A stretch of DNA of 22,821 nt from Octopus sinensis. Taxonomy: Eukaryota. The DNA lies in the NCBI RefSeq assembly GCF_006345805.1, contig NW_021836679.1, forward strand, positions 1-22,821. Direction: 5' to 3'. Below, one piece after another: positions 20,855 through 22,821 of the stretch. The notes beneath the pieces are model-generated. The model saw nothing but the letters and a program-made list of their open reading frames with translations. It was not told the DNA's origin and made no database searches. The position numbers and the translations under genes are program-made. Positions within the stretch are counted from its first letter, which is position 1, and every line of letters starts with the position of its first letter.

Positions 20855-20960
20855 CAATTCAGTTTATTTCAAGATTTCTTGCCAACAGAGAAAGAACTGG
20901 TTTCTAACCTAGATCCAATGTTCCTTCATTGGAGTTTCAACATCAACAACAGCGTATTTT
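20855..20960 (-). mobile_element. Possible Penelope-like terminal-repeat remnant with a degenerate hammerhead-like motif
   Basis: Minus strand reads CCAATGAA, short stem, AGAAACCAGTTC, then AATAAA; sits between two microsatellites. Confidence 0.35.
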
Positions 20961-20970
20961 TGGTAGTATG

Positions 20971-20972
<2 letters not shown>

Positions 20973-21062
<90 letters not shown>

Positions 21063-21079
21063 GCACACACACACACACA
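20973..21079. repeat. (CA)n microsatellite
   Basis: Direct reading. Confidence 0.97.
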
Positions 21080-21250
21080 TGCATAAATATATATAAATTA
21101 GTCCTCCGTCAAACCGTCCAACCCGTGCCAGTATGTATAAACGATGATGATGATGATTTATATGCATATGTATATTATTCTTTGCTTTTGTATCTGGTTT
21201 GCTAGATTCTATATATGTATATGTTTCTGTTCGTGTTTGTGTGTCTATGC

Positions 21251-21451
21251 CAGTGCTTTTCAACCTTTTTGCTGGAGCGGAACCCCAAGGAAACATTCAA
21301 CTGGCTCGAGGAACCCCTGTGCAATAATTTAATAGTCCTATGCACACATATCTGCACAGGAGAATTAAAAATTACTGACGATTTTAGCAGTTTTGTAACT
21401 TCTTGCGGAACATTTGGACTGTATTGGCGGAACCCTGGTTGAAAACCACTG
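21251..21451. mobile_element. hAT-superfamily (Charlie/Buster-type) MITE, 201 bp
   Basis: TIRs CAGTGCTTTTCAACC / GGTTGAAAACCACTG (14/15); perfect 8-bp TSD GTCTATGC (21243-21250, 21452-21459) with central TA; repeated subterminal GGAAC motifs. Confidence 0.95.
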
Positions 21452-21732
21452 GTCTATGCGGACGAAACAAAATGTAACTTGTAGGACTCATTATTTTTAC
21501 TAAAACACACACACACACGCGCGCGCGCGTGCTAGTGTTTCCATAAACCAACAACTAATAAGAGCATATTTTTACAACCAACTCTTTACCAACCAGATTT
21601 ACAAATCAAATAGAAACAAAAACAACATGAACAGTTAAAATTCTTACATACTGAATTTATTTGAGCGGCCTCTAATCTTATCAATCGTTAGATTAAAGAT
21701 ACAGAAATAACTCCTACGGTTATCCACATTAC

Positions 21733-21777
21733 AATTATTATTATTACTATTATTATTACTACTACTACTACTACTAC

Positions 21778-21855
<78 letters not shown>

Positions 21856-21856
21856 T
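21733..21856. repeat. (ATT)n/(ACT)n microsatellite
   Basis: Direct reading. Confidence 0.95.
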
Positions 21857-22179
21857 ACAACTGTGGTTTCATTATATGGAAACAACATGTAGATATTACA
21901 ACTAAAAAAAATTATTACAGTCAGAACTGAGAATATATATATATTATAATTTACTTTTCCAAAAGACAGAATTGGATTCATATATTTTGTTTGTAATATG
22001 TTTTCGTGTTTCGATATGTTTTGGTAAATCGTTTACATTGGGAAAATTTATCAAGTATTTATGAGAAAAAATAAGAAAAAAAATTATTATTCTTTGGTGA
22101 ATATACGAGTATTATGTCTTGTTCAGAATTATCAAAAATATACATGTAAATGTTAGAAATTCTAAAATATCTGTCTGTC

Positions 22180-22619
22180 TACATACCTACTTACTTACAT
22201 ACCTACCTTCCTACCTACCTACCTACCTACCTACCTACCTACCTACCTGCTACCTACCTACCTACCTACACGCCTACCTACCTACCTACCTACCTACCTA
22301 CCTACCTACCTACCTACCTCCCTACCTACCTATTTCTTTACTACCCAAAAGGGGCTAAACACAGAGGGGACTAACAAGGACAGACACACGGGTTAAGTTG
22401 ATTAAATAGACCTCAGTGCGTAACTGGTACTTATTTAATCGACTCCGAAAGGATGAAAGGCAAAGTCGACCTCGGTGGAATTTGAACTCAGAACGTAGAG
22501 GCAGACGAAATATCCGCTAAGCATTTCGCCCGACGTGCTATCGTTTCTGCCAGCTCGCCGCCTTACCATACCTACCTACCTACCTACCTACCTACCTACC
22601 TACCTACCTACCTACCTAC

Positions 22620-22703
<84 letters not shown>
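22180..22703. repeat. (CCTA)n then (TCTA)n array, interrupted by a SINE
   Basis: Direct reading. Confidence 0.93.
22330..22562 (-). mobile_element. Full-length monomeric family-1 tail-A SINE inside (CCTA)n
   Basis: Complete head, B box, central block and tail; the minus strand ends GTAAAGAAATAG and runs straight into (GTAG)n. Confidence 0.95.
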
Positions 22704-22705
<2 letters not shown>

Positions 22706-22785
22706 CACTCAGATGAAGCTCCATGTACCAGATCGGATGTGCTACAGAATAGGGACATTGGAAACAGAAACAGCTGTTAGATGGG
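22704..22785 (+). ncRNA. Degenerate minimal type I hammerhead ribozyme-like motif (probable Penelope-like element remnant)
   Basis: Order of elements: stem I TTCACT; core CAGATGA (CUGANGA with one change); stem II TCCATGTACC/GGGACATTGGA; GAAA; palindromic CAGCTG; TT; stem I partner AGATGGG; ATTAAA at 22798-22803. Confidence 0.55.
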
Positions 22786-22821
22786 ATAAAGTTTCATATT
22801 AAAGAGTAATAATCGATGGTA

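Overview
Repeat-saturated, AT-rich eukaryotic intronic or intergenic DNA. I infer an Octopus (cephalopod) genome from repeat families I recognise from memory and from the very high microsatellite density; this was not verified by a search. No host protein-coding gene, rRNA, true tRNA gene or CRISPR array is supportable, and almost all supplied ORFs are microsatellite translation artefacts. Identifiable content: many copies of three tRNA-derived SINE families, a decayed RTE-clade LINE 3' end, two mariner derivatives, a hAT MITE with an intact 8-bp TSD, and two degenerate hammerhead-like (Penelope-type) motifs. The most unusual signals are three. (1) One SINE subfamily ('tail A') has its 3' end repeatedly joined inside the tRNA-like head of other SINEs, at two recurrent positions, producing dimers and trimers. 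(2) A mariner has its 3' half replaced by an inverted copy of its own 5' end, including the transposase start. (3) The hammerhead-like remnants. Mechanistic interpretations are hypotheses.
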